Of a stretch of DNA of 64,000 nucleotides, positions 25,651 to 39,068 are shown in pieces. A program made the translations under genes and the position numbers. The notes beneath the pieces are model-generated. The model searched no databases. It was not told the origin of the DNA and saw only the letters and a list, made by a program, of their open reading frames with translations. Origin of the DNA: Eledone cirrhosa (taxonomy: Eukaryota); NCBI GenBank assembly GCA_964016885.1, contig OZ024745.1, positions 57,784,001 to 57,848,000 on the forward strand, given 5' to 3'. The stretch's first letter is position 1. Each line of letters begins with the position of its first letter.

Positions 25651-28439
25651 CCCCTTTACATAAGACTGTCGATTGGGATGTTAGAAAATTACAGCAGGAT
25701 TTCTAGGTAGTGGAGTGACTATGTACAGGCGCCTTTTCTACCAAATGCATTCTTATTCCTACCTAATTTTTATGTGCTATTGTCGCATTTTATTTTATTT
25801 TTTTCGATAGGAAGATATATTTTCATATATTATACATAACGTGTTTCCTTATATTGTCTCCTTCTGCCTTTTGCAACTATTTATATTCTATATAACCCAT
25901 CGGATATCTTCCGAAATATATCATTTCACACTCTCTCGATCAACATGAATAAACATATTTGCGTGGTTATACATTATAAATGATTCACAAATATAAACAT
26001 TGGTATACCAATCTTTCTCTCTCAATCTATTTCTCTATTGAACTAGGGAGAGAAACTAGTATGGGAGTAGAGTCAGATGGCGAGTAGGATTTGGAATAAG
26101 ATAACGTTCCCTTGGGAATGATGTGTTTAATAATTATAAGCGTGTAACAATATTCTTAGCACTTCAAAAACGTACAATAACTTACGCTTTTGTATAAAAT
26201 CACATATTTTACCAATTAAGAAGTATGCTTCAAATTATCAGATTAAACACCTTATGACAACATTGAACGCTTGCTATGTAAGATAAGAGAAATCATACAT
26301 TTCGCACAGAAGTGTCTGATGTAGTAATTCTTTTTTTTTTGCAATGTTATAATCAAGCTATTCTTAAAATTATCAGGAATATTTTTTACTTTCTATGAGG
26401 GCAGTGTAATTGCTGCTCGCATTGCTACGCTGGAAGTCGTGGATTTTAAAACATTGTTCATCTATTTGCACAACAACTGGAAATATTGAAAAATTATTCA
26501 CAAGAAACAGACAAACAATAGTAAAGTTCATAATCGTAAATGCTAGACAGGTCCCTCCCTACGTATTTCTTCTCACCTGATAAGAAAGACAAATATGCGT
26601 ACACACGGGTGTAAAATCACGGAAAAGGCTTTTTTCTATACTTTTGTATATTTGCCAAAGAAAATACAAAAACATAAGATGTACTCTTTGATGTACTCTT
26701 AAAAGATTCTTAAATCAGAAGCGTATAGGACAACAGTTGTTTTGTGTTAATACTCTGCAATCGTATAACTGTCTTCTTAAATATGAAATGCGCCCAAGGT
26801 AGTTTCATAGGTGTCGCGCTACTCGTTTGCCTACAATTACAAATCACCATATTGATAAAATTAAAGCAGATTAACCTCATCGATTTTGAGGACACTTCAG
26901 AGTAGAATATCTGATGAATTCTGGTCTGCTTTTTCTCGGAGTTAAGCAACATACACCTGGATGTAAACAGAAGAGTTAGTCTGGTATCACTTGGAGAGCT
27001 TCAGAAAATTAAACCGGGAAAGACTGGATCAGATTCCATATCTCATTCTGTTCCCGAATAGGGTCGATAAACATGTCGTATTTGAGATTAGGAACCTCGC
27101 TGCTATCTATGTGGGGTAACTAAACACTTGAGAATTATTTTGCCAAGGAACCGCAGAGCCACCCCCACCTCCACAAAAAAAGAAATTACATCACCTACGG
27201 TAACATATACATCAGCAGGAATGACGGTATCACAACTGACTGCAAAAGCAACAACTCCAATAGCAACAGCTGGAACATGACTGACAGAACCGACAAGACA
27301 TTCAAATTGAGGCAAAATCTGCAATTGGTGAGGACACATATAACAGCATGATGGAGCGATACGGAGATCACAGTAGAATTTATATCTCTTGATAATCGTT
27401 CTCCAGGTTTGGTGCATTGACTGCTATGTCATAAATATAATAAGAGCTTGCATTTGATAAATCTGTGTTAAGTGTGGAGTTATGGGCTCCCAGGATAACA
27501 GGGATGCATTGACTTTCTCACTAACAATAAATAACATAACATGCGTCACAGAACTGATATTAATAGCACTCGGCTGAACCTCCGTATGTTTCAACAATCT
27601 CTGTTGCCGTTGTGGGATCCATGAAAGAGCCACTTCGTGATTTCAACGTGTACGTAGTTGAGCATTAGACAGACACGTGTACACTGATCATAGTTGGCAA
27701 GGAGATAATGACTCATGCAATATCTAAGCTGTAATAATATAACGCATGCACTACCAGCGTCTCCCTTTCTAAAACGTCGACATTTTTAAGTTCCATCTGG
27801 AGCGGAACTAGTTTTCCCCACGAACTAGTAAGTTACCTTAAATATTTATCGCTTATTCTGCTGGGAGAAAATAGGGCTTCTCATGTGCTGAAGGAATCGC
27901 TTATACATCTCCTCAGATATATTATCTTACGACAATGTAAACATTATATATAGTTAAGTGATATGTATGCCTCTTGACGTGGTGAGCCAAAAATAAATCA
28001 ATTGAAATCATAATAGAAAGAGAAACCATTTACTCTCATCAAAGTTATTTCTCAGAAGGAGCGAAACAGATAATTCATAATTTTCCAGTCGAATAGAATT
28101 TAAATAAAATTAATCAGAAATATGTCTAAAGTTCAGGAGGTACGTACAAACGTTTAATTTGGCTTTGGGCTTACATGATGTATTCAGTAAAGCGTAATCA
28201 ACACAAAACCACCTGATAGCAGAACATCTTCATGTGTATATAGATGTAAAAGTTCGAGATATGTCGGAAAATGAGCATCCTGAAGATTTGGGCAAAGGTG
28301 CACGTTTGAAAAATAAAACAAAAATTAGTAATTTTTATTTTTTCTGTTTTATTAAAACATTTCCAACCGTGAATATCCAGGCATTTTGTATAGTAAGAGT
28401 GCATTTGTGTCTTATACTACGAATAACTTTCATAATCTA

Positions 28440-29066
28440 CTAGCAGTGTTACCCGGCTTTGCACGGGATAAGGTATTTTGAAATGTGGGCCGCCAACAGA
28501 CCTAATAGTGGAAAAACTGCATGCCTGGACAATATGTAAAGAAAATAAACCGAATATTCTGATGGCTGCATAATCTAAGATTTTCCTCGATGAAGCAGGA
28601 AAAAGGCAGGTTTTCACCTCATGCGGGCCCTAAGGGATCAAGAAAATGATTTTTTTTATGTGCATAATATGCCTTGAAATGTTTCACCTAATGCAGGCAC
28701 TAGGCAATAAAAAAAAGTTGGATTTTCTTTGCTCACGGAATGAAGAAAAGACTGACTAATACATAGTTACAATTTCAAGGAAATCGGTTTGACGTGACCC
28801 ATCATAAAACCCCTAAAAAGCTGGAAAAACGCAGTTTTTCACCTAATGCGAGCCCTAGGGGATCAAAAAGTTGAATTGTTTTATGTGCATAACACTCTGT
28901 GAAATATAAGTAATACACATGTAAAGTTTGAAAACGATCGGTTGGGTACTTCTCGAGTTTCACACACACACATACACTTATACACACATACACACATACA
29001 CACATACATACATACATGCATGCATACATAAAAACATACATCCTTCCTCTGTTTTATATATATATA
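28440..29066 (-). mobile_element. Non-autonomous Helitron-like element
   Basis: Minus-strand 3' end: hairpin cccgtgc-aaa-gccggg, 9 nt, then CTAG|T; 5' end (TA)n-aaaa plus microsatellite head; internal duplicated tttcacctaatgcg..ccctag block. Confidence 0.7.
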
Positions 29067-29091
29067 CATATATGGATGAAAATAACAGATT

Positions 29092-29295
29092 AACGTTTAA
29101 GCAAAAAATCGTTGCTTTCACCCTTAACGGGATCTTCTGAAACTAAAAACATCAATCCGTGAACGCAGAAGTAAATATTTCGAAAAACGTTGCAACCGAA
29201 TGAAAACAGGAAGAAGATACTTTAGTTCGCGAAGTCTTTCCTTGGCAATGAACGGAAAATAGCGAACATTATACGTCATCAATGTTCGTCAGAAT
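29092..29295 (-). repeat. Copy of the 33.8 kb inverted-repeat family
   Basis: tttaagcaaa..gctttcacccttaacgggatcttctgaaactaaaaa shared with 33779-33832. Confidence 0.75.
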
Positions 29296-29329
29296 GTTGT
29301 AATGCAGACAGCCAGACATACAGACAGAT

Positions 29330-29547
29330 ATTATAAGAGCGCGACGGAGATGGATAACCGGCGCCTAACACCCCTTTAACAACAGAAAATTGAAAAATAA
29401 AAGCTGCAGTTAATATCTTTAGACCGGAAGGAATATATAAATGCAAGTTTGAAGTCAATCGGAGTAGAAATGTGGATTTGTATAGACTTTTCAAAAATGA
29501 GGACGCATACACACACATATATACAACATCAGTTTTATATATATAGA
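29330..29547 (-). mobile_element. Helitron-like 5' fragment
   Basis: Minus strand A|TCtatatatataaaactgatgttg head and ccgattgacttcaaacttgc internal motif. Confidence 0.55.
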
Positions 29548-29734
29548 TAATCTCAAACCTATGATGAATATTCAAATATGTTTCTTCCGCTGCAACTTGT
29601 TTGTTTGAGAGCGTCGGGTTTTCTTTTTTCCACATGACTCTCTTCTATATTAAATATCTAAGGTATTCCATTACTCGAGTCGAAAGACAATCATATTGAT
29701 TTCGATACGATATTTCATCCGTTCCTATACAATT

Positions 29735-29800
29735 TGCATTCGAATCCCACTGTGTGCTAATTTGCCTGTCATCTTTTCGGGTTGAATAAAGAACTTAATA
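29735..29800 (+). mobile_element. SINE fragment
   Basis: ttcgaatccc...tttgcctgtcatcttttcgggttgaataaa is a degenerate match to the 30.7 kb SINE. Confidence 0.5.
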
Positions 29801-30729
29801 GTCCTGTGCGGTGCAGCTCTGTTTCCTGGATGATCTACTAGAGGTAGAGAAAGGTGCGAGGTTGGCTTGTCCCCACTCATGACTACATGAGCACCTCAGA
29901 CCTTTAGCCAAATCACGATACATGTTGCAACATCATTCTTGAGTGCAACTGATGATTTTAGTATTAAGAATATACTCAATACATCTGAATAGATCTTTAT
30001 ATCTATATTCAGTTATTTGCTCCAGCATAACTCTAAATGAACACGCTAAGATCAAATGCATTCCAATAGTAAATTGTCACATATTTTAACAATAATCTCT
30101 TTATTGTGATAAAGAGTGTGTTTTCAGAGAAAATTTGATACCATTTCTCGTTATCACACTGAGGCTCCTTTATCAGTTGGCAAACTGTGTATATTTTCAT
30201 TTCTGCAAATTCTTTTCCCTGGACTTATTTATCTGAAGACCTTCCTTTAATCTATTTCCATATCAATTTCTATTAATTGTCGGAAATAAACCAACTCACT
30301 TTCAAAGGTGCTATGAGTATGACAACTTTCAATTTTCCATTTTTATCAAAGAGGCCGATATTTCATACACATAGTATTCACAATACTTAATGAAATAATA
30401 AAGATTTAAAAATCCGTTTTGTGTTTTATTCATAAAGTAAGAAATTAAAACATACCTATAAGTTAATATAACATATTGGGGCCACTACTGTTTATACGCA
30501 TATATAGCCCTTAAATAATGTTATTCGCTGAATATGATTATTTCATTATATACAAGAACCTGTTTAATGTTTCAAGGCTAAGATTCACAGGCCTGTCACC
30601 GGTAAAACATTCTAGAAAGTAAAATGTTTCTATTTAATGTTGCGAAATATTCTTGTCACATGCGAAATATTCTTATACTAACACAGAAAATGACTTCAAT
30701 CGATACTAATAATTTAAGCTCAATATTTT

Positions 30730-30912
30730 GTGGATTGGCAGTATTGGTAGAGGGTCGGACGCCATGCTTTCCAGCATAGTTACGTCCTTTTACGGTCTGG
30801 GTTCAAATCCCGCCGTGGTTAATTTTGCCTTTCATCCTTACAGGGTCGATAAAATAAAGTACCAGTAATGTATTGGGTAATTGTTGGCCTTGTGCCAAAT
30901 GTAGAAACAATT
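30730..30912 (+). mobile_element. Full-length tRNA-derived SINE (main family)
   Basis: A box tggcagtattgg, B box ggttcaaatcc, central gcctttcatccttacagggtcgataaaataaagtacc; several copies in window. Confidence 0.88.
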
Positions 30913-33609
30913 ATTTTCCAATTAAAAGTACTATGAAACAACAGAATTTATTGTATTTCTCAGCATTAACATTTGTTTTCTCAAGAAATTATTGCAAATT
31001 GGACTCTGTGAGATTTAGGTTTAGGTGTAAGTGCCGATCGTCATCTGTTCATGAACGTATTCGTTTCTATTCACAATGTCCCAGCATTAAAACTGATCAT
31101 ATTTCTGTTGACATCGCGTTTGGATCATATATGTTATATGTTTCAAATTGATATCATTATTGATTATTTACTGGACGATTCCCCCCAAAAAACGTTTATA
31201 ACATCGTAAGATATCTGAAAGTTTTTAGAGAATGTGAAATTCACAATCATAGTACTGTATATCATTTGCACATGTGCTTCATCAGAATGAGACTAAAATC
31301 CATGATACTTATTTATACGACTATCATATAAGACTAATATATATAGAACACGCAGGACCTGATGAGCTGAGGTCTATAAAGCTGATCAAAATGGGGGTAT
31401 TTCCCATAAAACCAATGGTACTAATTTATGATAAATGTTACTACAGAGGCCTGTGCATGTATAAGAGAAAATGGGAAGAAAACCAGACAGACAAATGAAA
31501 TTTAACGTATAGTATTATATTATCATGAAGGAAACATGTGAATTTGAACGTATTAATTACTCATGATAATCGGCATTTTGTTTAGTTCACTCTGATTTTA
31601 GAATTGCAGAAAAAAGGAGATATTGGTGTTGTTCAAAGGGGGAGAACTTTGCCCAAATAAAAGCCAGGTGAGAGACGTGTAAACCTGGGTTCCTCTCCGC
31701 ATTCAATTCACCAGGTAGAGATACCAGCCAATTCTTCCACATATTTCAGTGTTACTTTAAAGAGAAGACAAACCAATAAAAACAAAGACAAAAATGACAG
31801 AGAATAAGGTATTATATTATATAAATATATGTCTTTTTCTATCTCTTACCCTCCTTATCTTCCGCCTTTTCTCACTTTCTCTCTCATTCATTTCTTTCAT
31901 TGCCGAACGTATAGTAATTGATGGTATGTTACAGATGATGACAGTTTAAAAATAAAACCATTAGGATTGTATCTAATTATTGGACTGTGACCTTCATAAT
32001 ACCTTTTTATAAAATTCTCATCTTTTTATTTCACAGCTACACGAATGTTCATGAAAAATAAAGACAGAAAATGTAAAAAGAAGTAAAGTTTAAAAGATGA
32101 GTGACAATTCAATTATTATAATGTTAAATGACATTATTGGTTTCATTGACGTTGTTTTTCATTTCTTTTCTCAGAAGATTTTTTTTAATCGGATTTTGGA
32201 TTTTATCGGATTTTCACTTTTAGTGTGTGCATGTGGGGGGGGGGGGGGTTCCTTTTCCTGAGAAACGATAATTTGATATTCCTTGTTCACCTTCCGAATG
32301 CTTTCCCGTTCGATATATCTCTGTTTCTCGAAGAAACATCACAGAGGTTGTTGTGACATGCTATCTAATTGCCCCTTCTCTCCATCATTCACCGTTTCTC
32401 TATGTCTTTATTTTTCAGAAATATATTAAACGAATTTAAAATTCCATGATACGTGTTTAGCATCATCACTACACATATTCCTGCACTGCCACGGCCTCCA
32501 ATACTAATAACTTTATCATTAGTGATTGTATGATTTAAATAATCACCATCTCCAAGACATTCAGCACCATTGCATCATCTTGCAAACCTCATCTTAAATT
32601 TGTTATTTCTCTCTATGCGTGTTCTGTAGACCTACAAATATAAATAAAGGTATACCTTGACAATAAAAACAACAGATTGTAATACAAAACAGAATAGTTT
32701 TACAGGGATATTCGAGCTGTCAGAAAGAGTAATATCATCTAATTCAAATTATACCTAGCCACATACGAGGGAGTTTTTAAATAAAAAAATATTTCTAGAT
32801 ATACAATATTAGTAGGACAGGTGATCCTGGTTAAAAGGACTTTGAACATAAGTATTCTCCATCAGATTAATAGCAAAAACAACAACGTTAAAGATATAAA
32901 TATTAACAATATATTAGCCAAGTTATCTAAAAGGAATTAAGTTGAGGAGTAATGTGCTAGCATCAGTATTTAGTAATCAGAAACGGGAAGGTAGGTGTAA
33001 AACTGAAACTCATTCTCTTCAATTCGCTATTCGTAGCAACCTTATCTCGGCTAATGACCGAAAGAATACGATCACTAATACAAGCGACTGAAATGGAGTT
33101 CCACCAAAGGATCCTTGGAGTAGCTTACTAGAAATAGTGCATAGCTCGGAAACCAGAAAGTAGCTCCAAACAGACCCGTCACTTCCCCGATTTCGGAGAT
33201 TACATTTCTGATAATATAGGCATGGAGTTAGAATGTCTCACCAAAAAATCGCTGGCGAGATTTTAGGATCAAAGACCAACAGGTGGGCGACACAGAAATA
33301 GAGCCCGAGCATGATTGTTGGACAACGTGCATCATCTTGGCTGGTCACACTTGGTAATCCAGCCGGATCAGTGGGAAACGTTTGCTTCTGGCAGGACGCG
33401 CTGGAAGGAGTCTTTGAGGACTCTGCCTCCACCACCATCTTAAGAAGAAGAAAAAAAAAATATATATATAGAAGGATTTAAATGGATACAGTTCAGTTAA
33501 AAGGAATTTATTGACACGTATTTCAATAACAGTTACATAACTTGAAAACAGCTGCTATCTACAAAGTATTAATTATGCAGTAATATTCATATTACAACAC
33601 TACGGAAAA

Positions 33610-33654
<45 letters not shown>

Positions 33655-33771
33655 AAATATAAATGTGAAGACTAAAATCCGAAGAGGGCTCGTAATGATT
33701 ATATATATATAGTATATATATATATATATATATATATATTCCTGTGGAGCAAATATTTATTATAAGAACAA

Positions 33772-33995
33772 ATTAAAGTTTAAGCAAAGAAGCGCTGCTT
33801 TCACCCTTAACAGGATCTTCTGAAACTAAAAAAATTAATCTGTGGCAGTGCTGTAAACCAAAGTATCGTCTTCTTTGTTTCCTTCGGTTGTAAGGTTTTT
33901 CGAAATACTTAATTCTGCGTCCACAGATTGATATTTTTAGTTTCATAAGATCCCGTTAAGGGTGAAACCAGTGATTCTTTGCTTAAAATTTAATA
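33772..33995. mobile_element. Short inverted-repeat element (~75-bp arms) near (TA)n
   Basis: attaaagtttaagcaaagaa...aatctgtgg / ccacagattg...ttctttgcttaaaatttaat; homologue at 29.1 kb. Confidence 0.7.
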
Positions 33996-34238
33996 TGTAT
34001 ATATATATATAAAGATATATTTGTGTGTGGGGGGGGGGGAGGGCGTGTGTGTGTGTACGCATTTGGGGAATATCGCATATTGAATTAGGTGAGAAAAACT
34101 CTATAATGGATCATGTGTAAGAAATTCTAAACACTCTCCGTCACAGCTTGATTTTACTTATGGCAAGGAACTTAACTGACACCGAATGTCTGTACGTCAC
34201 ACAAAATACTCTCCGGAATCCTGCTTTCGCTAACGTAT

Positions 34239-34299
<61 letters not shown>

Positions 34300-34789
34300 G
34301 ACCCGCCACCCACAAAAAAAAATATATGTGTGAGAGAAAGTGTGTGTGTTAATGTGTCTGTGCGTTCATGTGTGAGTGTGTGCGTTTTATATTAATATAT
34401 CTTTTTTTCTTGTATTGAGAATTGTTGCCGTACACATTGATAGGCTAGATAAGACTCCCAAAAGTATCGTCAATATTATTGGTCCTGACTTGTCATGTCA
34501 GATTCTATCGGAATCATAACTTCTAAATGTTTCATGCCTTTGCTGTTTTCTGGAATATTTTCATGGGAATTGATATAATGAGCTTTTGTCTTTGGTTCCC
34601 CGTCTCTAAATGTTAAACTGATAACCTCTTTCTCTCTCCCCCTTCTCTCTTCTTTACCTCTTGCTTTATTTCATCCCCGCTGCTGGTCACACACTCTCAG
34701 CTGGCCTTCTTCTTTACACTTTCACTCACTCACTCTCTGCTACTCTCTAACTTCTTCCCGTCTGATCTGCGTGAAATTCTTTCCTCTAG

Positions 34790-35394
34790 GGGTTCAGTGC
34801 GGTCGGCGACCCCGAGGCTGGAGGTAATTTGTTGTCCATCTCGATTTATGTCCTCGATGCTTGAGTGGTTAGCCTTTTTATAGGTGGAGTTTAGGCTGCT
34901 CCTGATCAGTGTGTGGTATCTGCGGGGTTAACGAAGTAGAGGTTACCAGTTTTATCCGAGTGCACCATGATGTCGTTGGTGTTTTCATACTCTGTTAAAT
35001 TGCTACGGAGTTTTTGTAGGAATCTGTTGTGTCTGCGTTTGAATTTAATGCTCTTGACCAGTTGGAAAAGGTCATTCTCGAAGGGTGAGAGCATAGGGTT
35101 CGGAGGGGGAGATGTTTAGGTATTAAATCCGAATCTCTCCTTGGTATCGAAGTCCTGATTGTCGCAATATCTATCGTAGAAAAAAGTTCTCCATCTTAGT
35201 CTTTTCGCAAAGAGGTCGATTTTTTGCGTGAGCATCCGAAGGTAGAGTTTTCTCGGTGGGACTGGGATGTTCTTGGTGGAGAAGTCGATGTTGTGTTTTC
35301 GCATGATGCGGGTGAAAGAACTTTAGCTTAGCGGAAAAGTCTGGATAAGGCGTTGTAGGGTCGGAAAGTGTTCTACTACGGGAATAGGAGCTAA
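34790..35394 (-). pseudogene. PLE ORF N-terminus (inverted), directly downstream of the inverted pLTR
   Basis: MRKHNIDFSTKNIP...KRLRWRTFF...FGF, LSPFENDL..IKF..FLQKL, SDKTGNLY, TYKK are typical PLE N-terminal motifs. Confidence 0.8.
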
Positions 35395-35592
35395 ATAACG
35401 AAGGAAATGTGGTAATGAACCAGATGGACCATAACGCACCAAAGTGCTCAAATCTTAGGGTAGTAGAGTGGGTAATAGGAACAAGTAGGACCCCCACGGC
35501 CGGGCTCAAGCCGTTTCGACAGCTAATTCTGGACTAAATAAAAAAATGTTTAGCCTGGTAAATGAATAGCCGAACTTCTCAGGGGGTAATTC
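35395..35592 (-). repeat. Inverted PLE pseudo-LTR with HHR motif
   Basis: Reverse complement of 38029-38224. Confidence 0.9.
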
Positions 35593-36880
35593 CAAATATC
35601 ATCCTCCACGCCAGGAAGACAGTCCAACTTTTCGACAACTCCAAATAGATAAAGCAAGCTCCCGACTCCCCCTTCGACGTCGGTATGTGCGCGACTGATT
35701 CGGTTGAGGTCACAGATCTTATAGGATTATTCCTACTATTTAAACTCACCGATGTTTCCTGCATTCGGCGGTGGATTGTACCGTGATGATGGGCTCCTTA
35801 CCCTCAAAGGGCACAACCCCAATAGTACAGACCGGGTCCGTAAACAATTAATCAGCTTCTTCTGCGACTGGGGATTTAAAATAACCCTGCAAACGTCCCT
35901 AACCCGAGTAAACTTCCTGGACGTTACCCTTAACTATCTGTACTACCCATACAGGAAACCAAACGACAACCTGCACTACATCCACCGCCGGTCGAACCGT
36001 CCTAGAAACATCACCAATAACCTGGTTAAAAACATCTTCCTCCGCATATCTCGTTTGTCCGCTAATGAGCAGATATTCGAGGAAAACGCGCCTTATTACA
36101 ACCAGGCCCTCAAGTGGAGTGGCTTACGGGAGGAAATATCCTATTATCCAGCTTCCATTAGCGGAACCAACAGGCAACACCGCCGCTCACGCAATGTAAC
36201 GTGTTTCAATCCTCCCCACAATGCCGAGGTGACAACATCTATCGGGAAAATCTTCTTTAGGCTCATCGAAAAACACTTCCCACTTCAACACCGCTACCAC
36301 AACATAATCAACAAAAACACCATCAAACTCTCCTACAGCACCACACCTAACTTTGCAAAAAGCATCGTCTCCTCTAACAACAAAAAACTCAACCCCTATG
36401 GAAGAAATAACCTAGATAGCAGTGGAGAGCCGACCAGGAGGTGTAACTGTCCCGATGGATGCCTTTTCCCCCTCGACAACAGATGCAGAGATCGTAATGT
36501 GATCTACCAGTGCAACGTGAGGACGGACACCTCCAACAAAGCTTATATAGGATTAACCGCTTGTGACTTCAAGACCCGGCTCTACCAACACAGACATACC
36601 TCCGAAACCCGGCCCGGCGTCACGCCACTACACTTTCGGGCCACATCTGGGAGTTCCAAGATGATAATATAACCTACAATCTCACTCGGAGCTTACTGTC
36701 CAGAGCCAACTCTTACACGGGAGGACGCCATCCGTGTAACTTATGCTCGGAGGAAACATTACAAATGCTGTTTTCGACGGACCAACTCCTAAACAAGAAA
36801 GACGAATTGGTAACTGCATGCAAACACAGATTGCGTAGCACATACCTCGCCCTCAAACCCCATAATGGCCCGAGAGGGGG
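35593..36880 (+). pseudogene. PLE RT C-terminal half + GIY-YIG endonuclease (frameshifted)
   Basis: GLYRDDGL, VNFLDVT, PYRKPN, FNPP, IKLSYS, CNC..C..C..VIYQC..YIGLT..FKTRLYQH. Confidence 0.92.
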
Positions 36881-37317
36881 GGGGGGGGTATACAAGGGCT
36901 GAAACACCCCATTTGCCGACTTTGTAAGGGGTAACCCCTGCTTACAAATGTAGACGTAACTTTTTTATATATTCTTTTTTATATATATTTTATCGTTTCC
37001 TCTATATTTCCTTCTTCCCCCATCCCTTCCTAGTCCTTCCACCCGAGATCTCCTTCTTTGTCGTCGTTCTTTGCACCTTCTTGTCCACCCCGATGCAGCC
37101 TTTCGGTCCTCTGTAGCTTCAGTACTCACTTATTTATGATAGCATTGGCTAATTGCGCTTTTTATAGCAGATGTGCTAGATCCAAGATACTTGTTTCTTC
37201 TCTGGTTGCTGCCTCATTTCCGTGATTTCTAGATTCCTTAGTGGTATTCCTGCTTTAGTTTCTTGTATATTAGTATTTTTTTTTTGGGGGGGGGGGGGAT
37301 TTATGAATTAATATTTC

Positions 37318-37650
37318 GTATTAGTTTTTCATATATATTGTACGAGTATTTATGTAGATTGTATTAGAATTTATGTATTGTAGCAGTATTTATATATATT
37401 GTATTAGTTTTTTATATATATTTTATGAGTATTTATGTAGATTGTATTAGAATTTATGTATTGTAGCAGTATTTATATATATTGTATTAGTTTTTTATAT
37501 ATATTTTATGAGTATTTATGTAGATTGTATTAGAATTTATGTATTGTAGCAGTATTTATATATATTGTATTAGTTTTTTATATATATTTTATGAGTATTT
37601 ATGTAGATTGTATTAGAATTTATGGCAGTACTTTTATATATATTGTATTA
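37318..37650. repeat. 83-bp AT-rich minisatellite (~4 units) in the PLE 3' region
   Basis: gagtatttatgtagattg at 37344, 37427, 37510 and 37593. Confidence 0.9.
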
Positions 37651-38028
37651 GTATTCATGTTTCGGGATTTTGAATTAATATTACGTATTAGTTTCGGGAT
37701 TCTGAATTAATATTTCTTATTATTTTTTTTAGTATGTTCGTCCTCATTTTTATAATGGCTTTTTTGTTTACTCCCTTTAGATTTACTTATTGTTTCAGCC
37801 CGCCCCTCCTTCTCTAGTATACTTTTTCGACCTTCTATACACTATCCTTAGAATCTGCTGTATTTTCCACTTTCAACGCTTGACTGGGTTTCCTCCACTC
37901 CCTCTCCCTCTTTCTTCTACTGGCAAGTTCAGCTACCCCTACCTTCCACAAAATGCCATGATAGAATCATATGTCTTAACAACAAACTTTTGACCAATCC
38001 TTGTGACAATCACTTATACCATAAAATA

Positions 38029-38224
38029 GAATTACCCCCTGAGAAGTTCGGCTATTCATTTACTAGGCTAAAAATGTTTATTTAGTCCAGAATTAGCCGT
38101 CGAAACGGCTTGAGCTCGGCCGTCGGGGTCCTACTTGTTCCTCTTACCCACTCTACTAACCTAAGTATTGAGTACTTTGGTGCGTTATGATCCGTCTGGT
38201 TCCTTACCACATTTCCTTCGTTAT
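38029..38224 (+). repeat. PLE 3' pseudo-LTR ending in (TA)n
   Basis: Matches 35395-35592 (inverted) and 45920-46060. Confidence 0.9.
38034..38129 (+). ncRNA. Type I hammerhead-like motif with variant core CUGAGAA
   Basis: Stem I acccc/ggggt; stem II cggcta-ttc/gaattagccg; GAAA-cggc..gagctc..gccg-TC (GUC site). Confidence 0.65.
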
Positions 38225-38320
38225 ATATATATATATACACATATACATATACTTATATGTTTTTTTCATATATGTATATACATATATATATATATACACA
38301 CACACATATATATATATATT

Positions 38321-38360
<40 letters not shown>

Positions 38361-38363
38361 TAA

Positions 38364-38575
38364 TGGTTTCTTATATAGGCACAAAGCCAGCAACTTTGGG
38401 GGAGGGGGAAGTCGATTAAATCGACTCCAGTGCCCGACTGGCACTTTAGTTTCTCGACCCCGTAAGGATGGAAGGCATAGTTAACCTCGGCGGATTTGAA
38501 CTCAGACCATAAAGGGCCGTAACTCTTTGCTGCAAAGCATGGCATCCGACCCTCTACCGATACTGCCAATCCACC
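38364..38575 (-). mobile_element. tRNA-derived SINE with (ATT)n tail
   Basis: Reverse complement match to 30730-30912. Confidence 0.88.
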
Positions 38576-38590
38576 AATAATAATAATAAT

Positions 38591-38888
38591 AATAATACAA
38601 GGACAAGTGGTTACTTCTTCATACGCTTATTGGTTTGTGACGCGCGTTTCGCTAGTGATCAGCTCAGGGTTCGATCTGTATCGATCTAGCCTGACTCTAG
38701 ACAGATCGAACCTTGAGCTGATCAGTAGCAAAATGGGTGTCACCAACCAATAGATGTAATGAATGAGTTACTATTTGTCGTTGTATTATTACACTCTGTC
38801 TAGCTCTACACCTCAATACTGACGTGAACCTAAACATTGAGTGCTCACCTGGGTGAACATACAGTAACTCCGCGCGAAATTCCCTGTA
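38591..38888. mobile_element. Palindromic element centred on HHR stem II
   Basis: 29-bp stem gctagtgatcagctcagggttcgatctgt / acagatcgaaccttgagctgatcagtagc; left arm read on minus strand gives GAAA-CGCGCG-TC; inverted arms extend 38591-38790. Confidence 0.75.
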
Positions 38889-38973
38889 TATATATATATA
38901 TATATATACGCTGTACTTCTGGCATTTATCCCTCATTAATATTGTTCTCTATACACTAATAGATACACGAATA

Positions 38974-39068
<95 letters not shown>

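Noticed and set aside
27140-27310. Thr/Ala-rich reading frame on + strand (RATPTSTKKEITSPTVT...)
   Set aside because: About 50 codons then stops; no recognisable domain or clear splice sites; cannot tell exon from TE linker
30730-30815. tRNA-like A/B boxes
   Set aside because: Head of a multi-copy SINE; no cloverleaf, not a tRNA gene
32760-32790. tacgaggg mariner-like terminus (also hints near 40.0-40.3 kb)
   Set aside because: No matching second TIR or transposase remnant found
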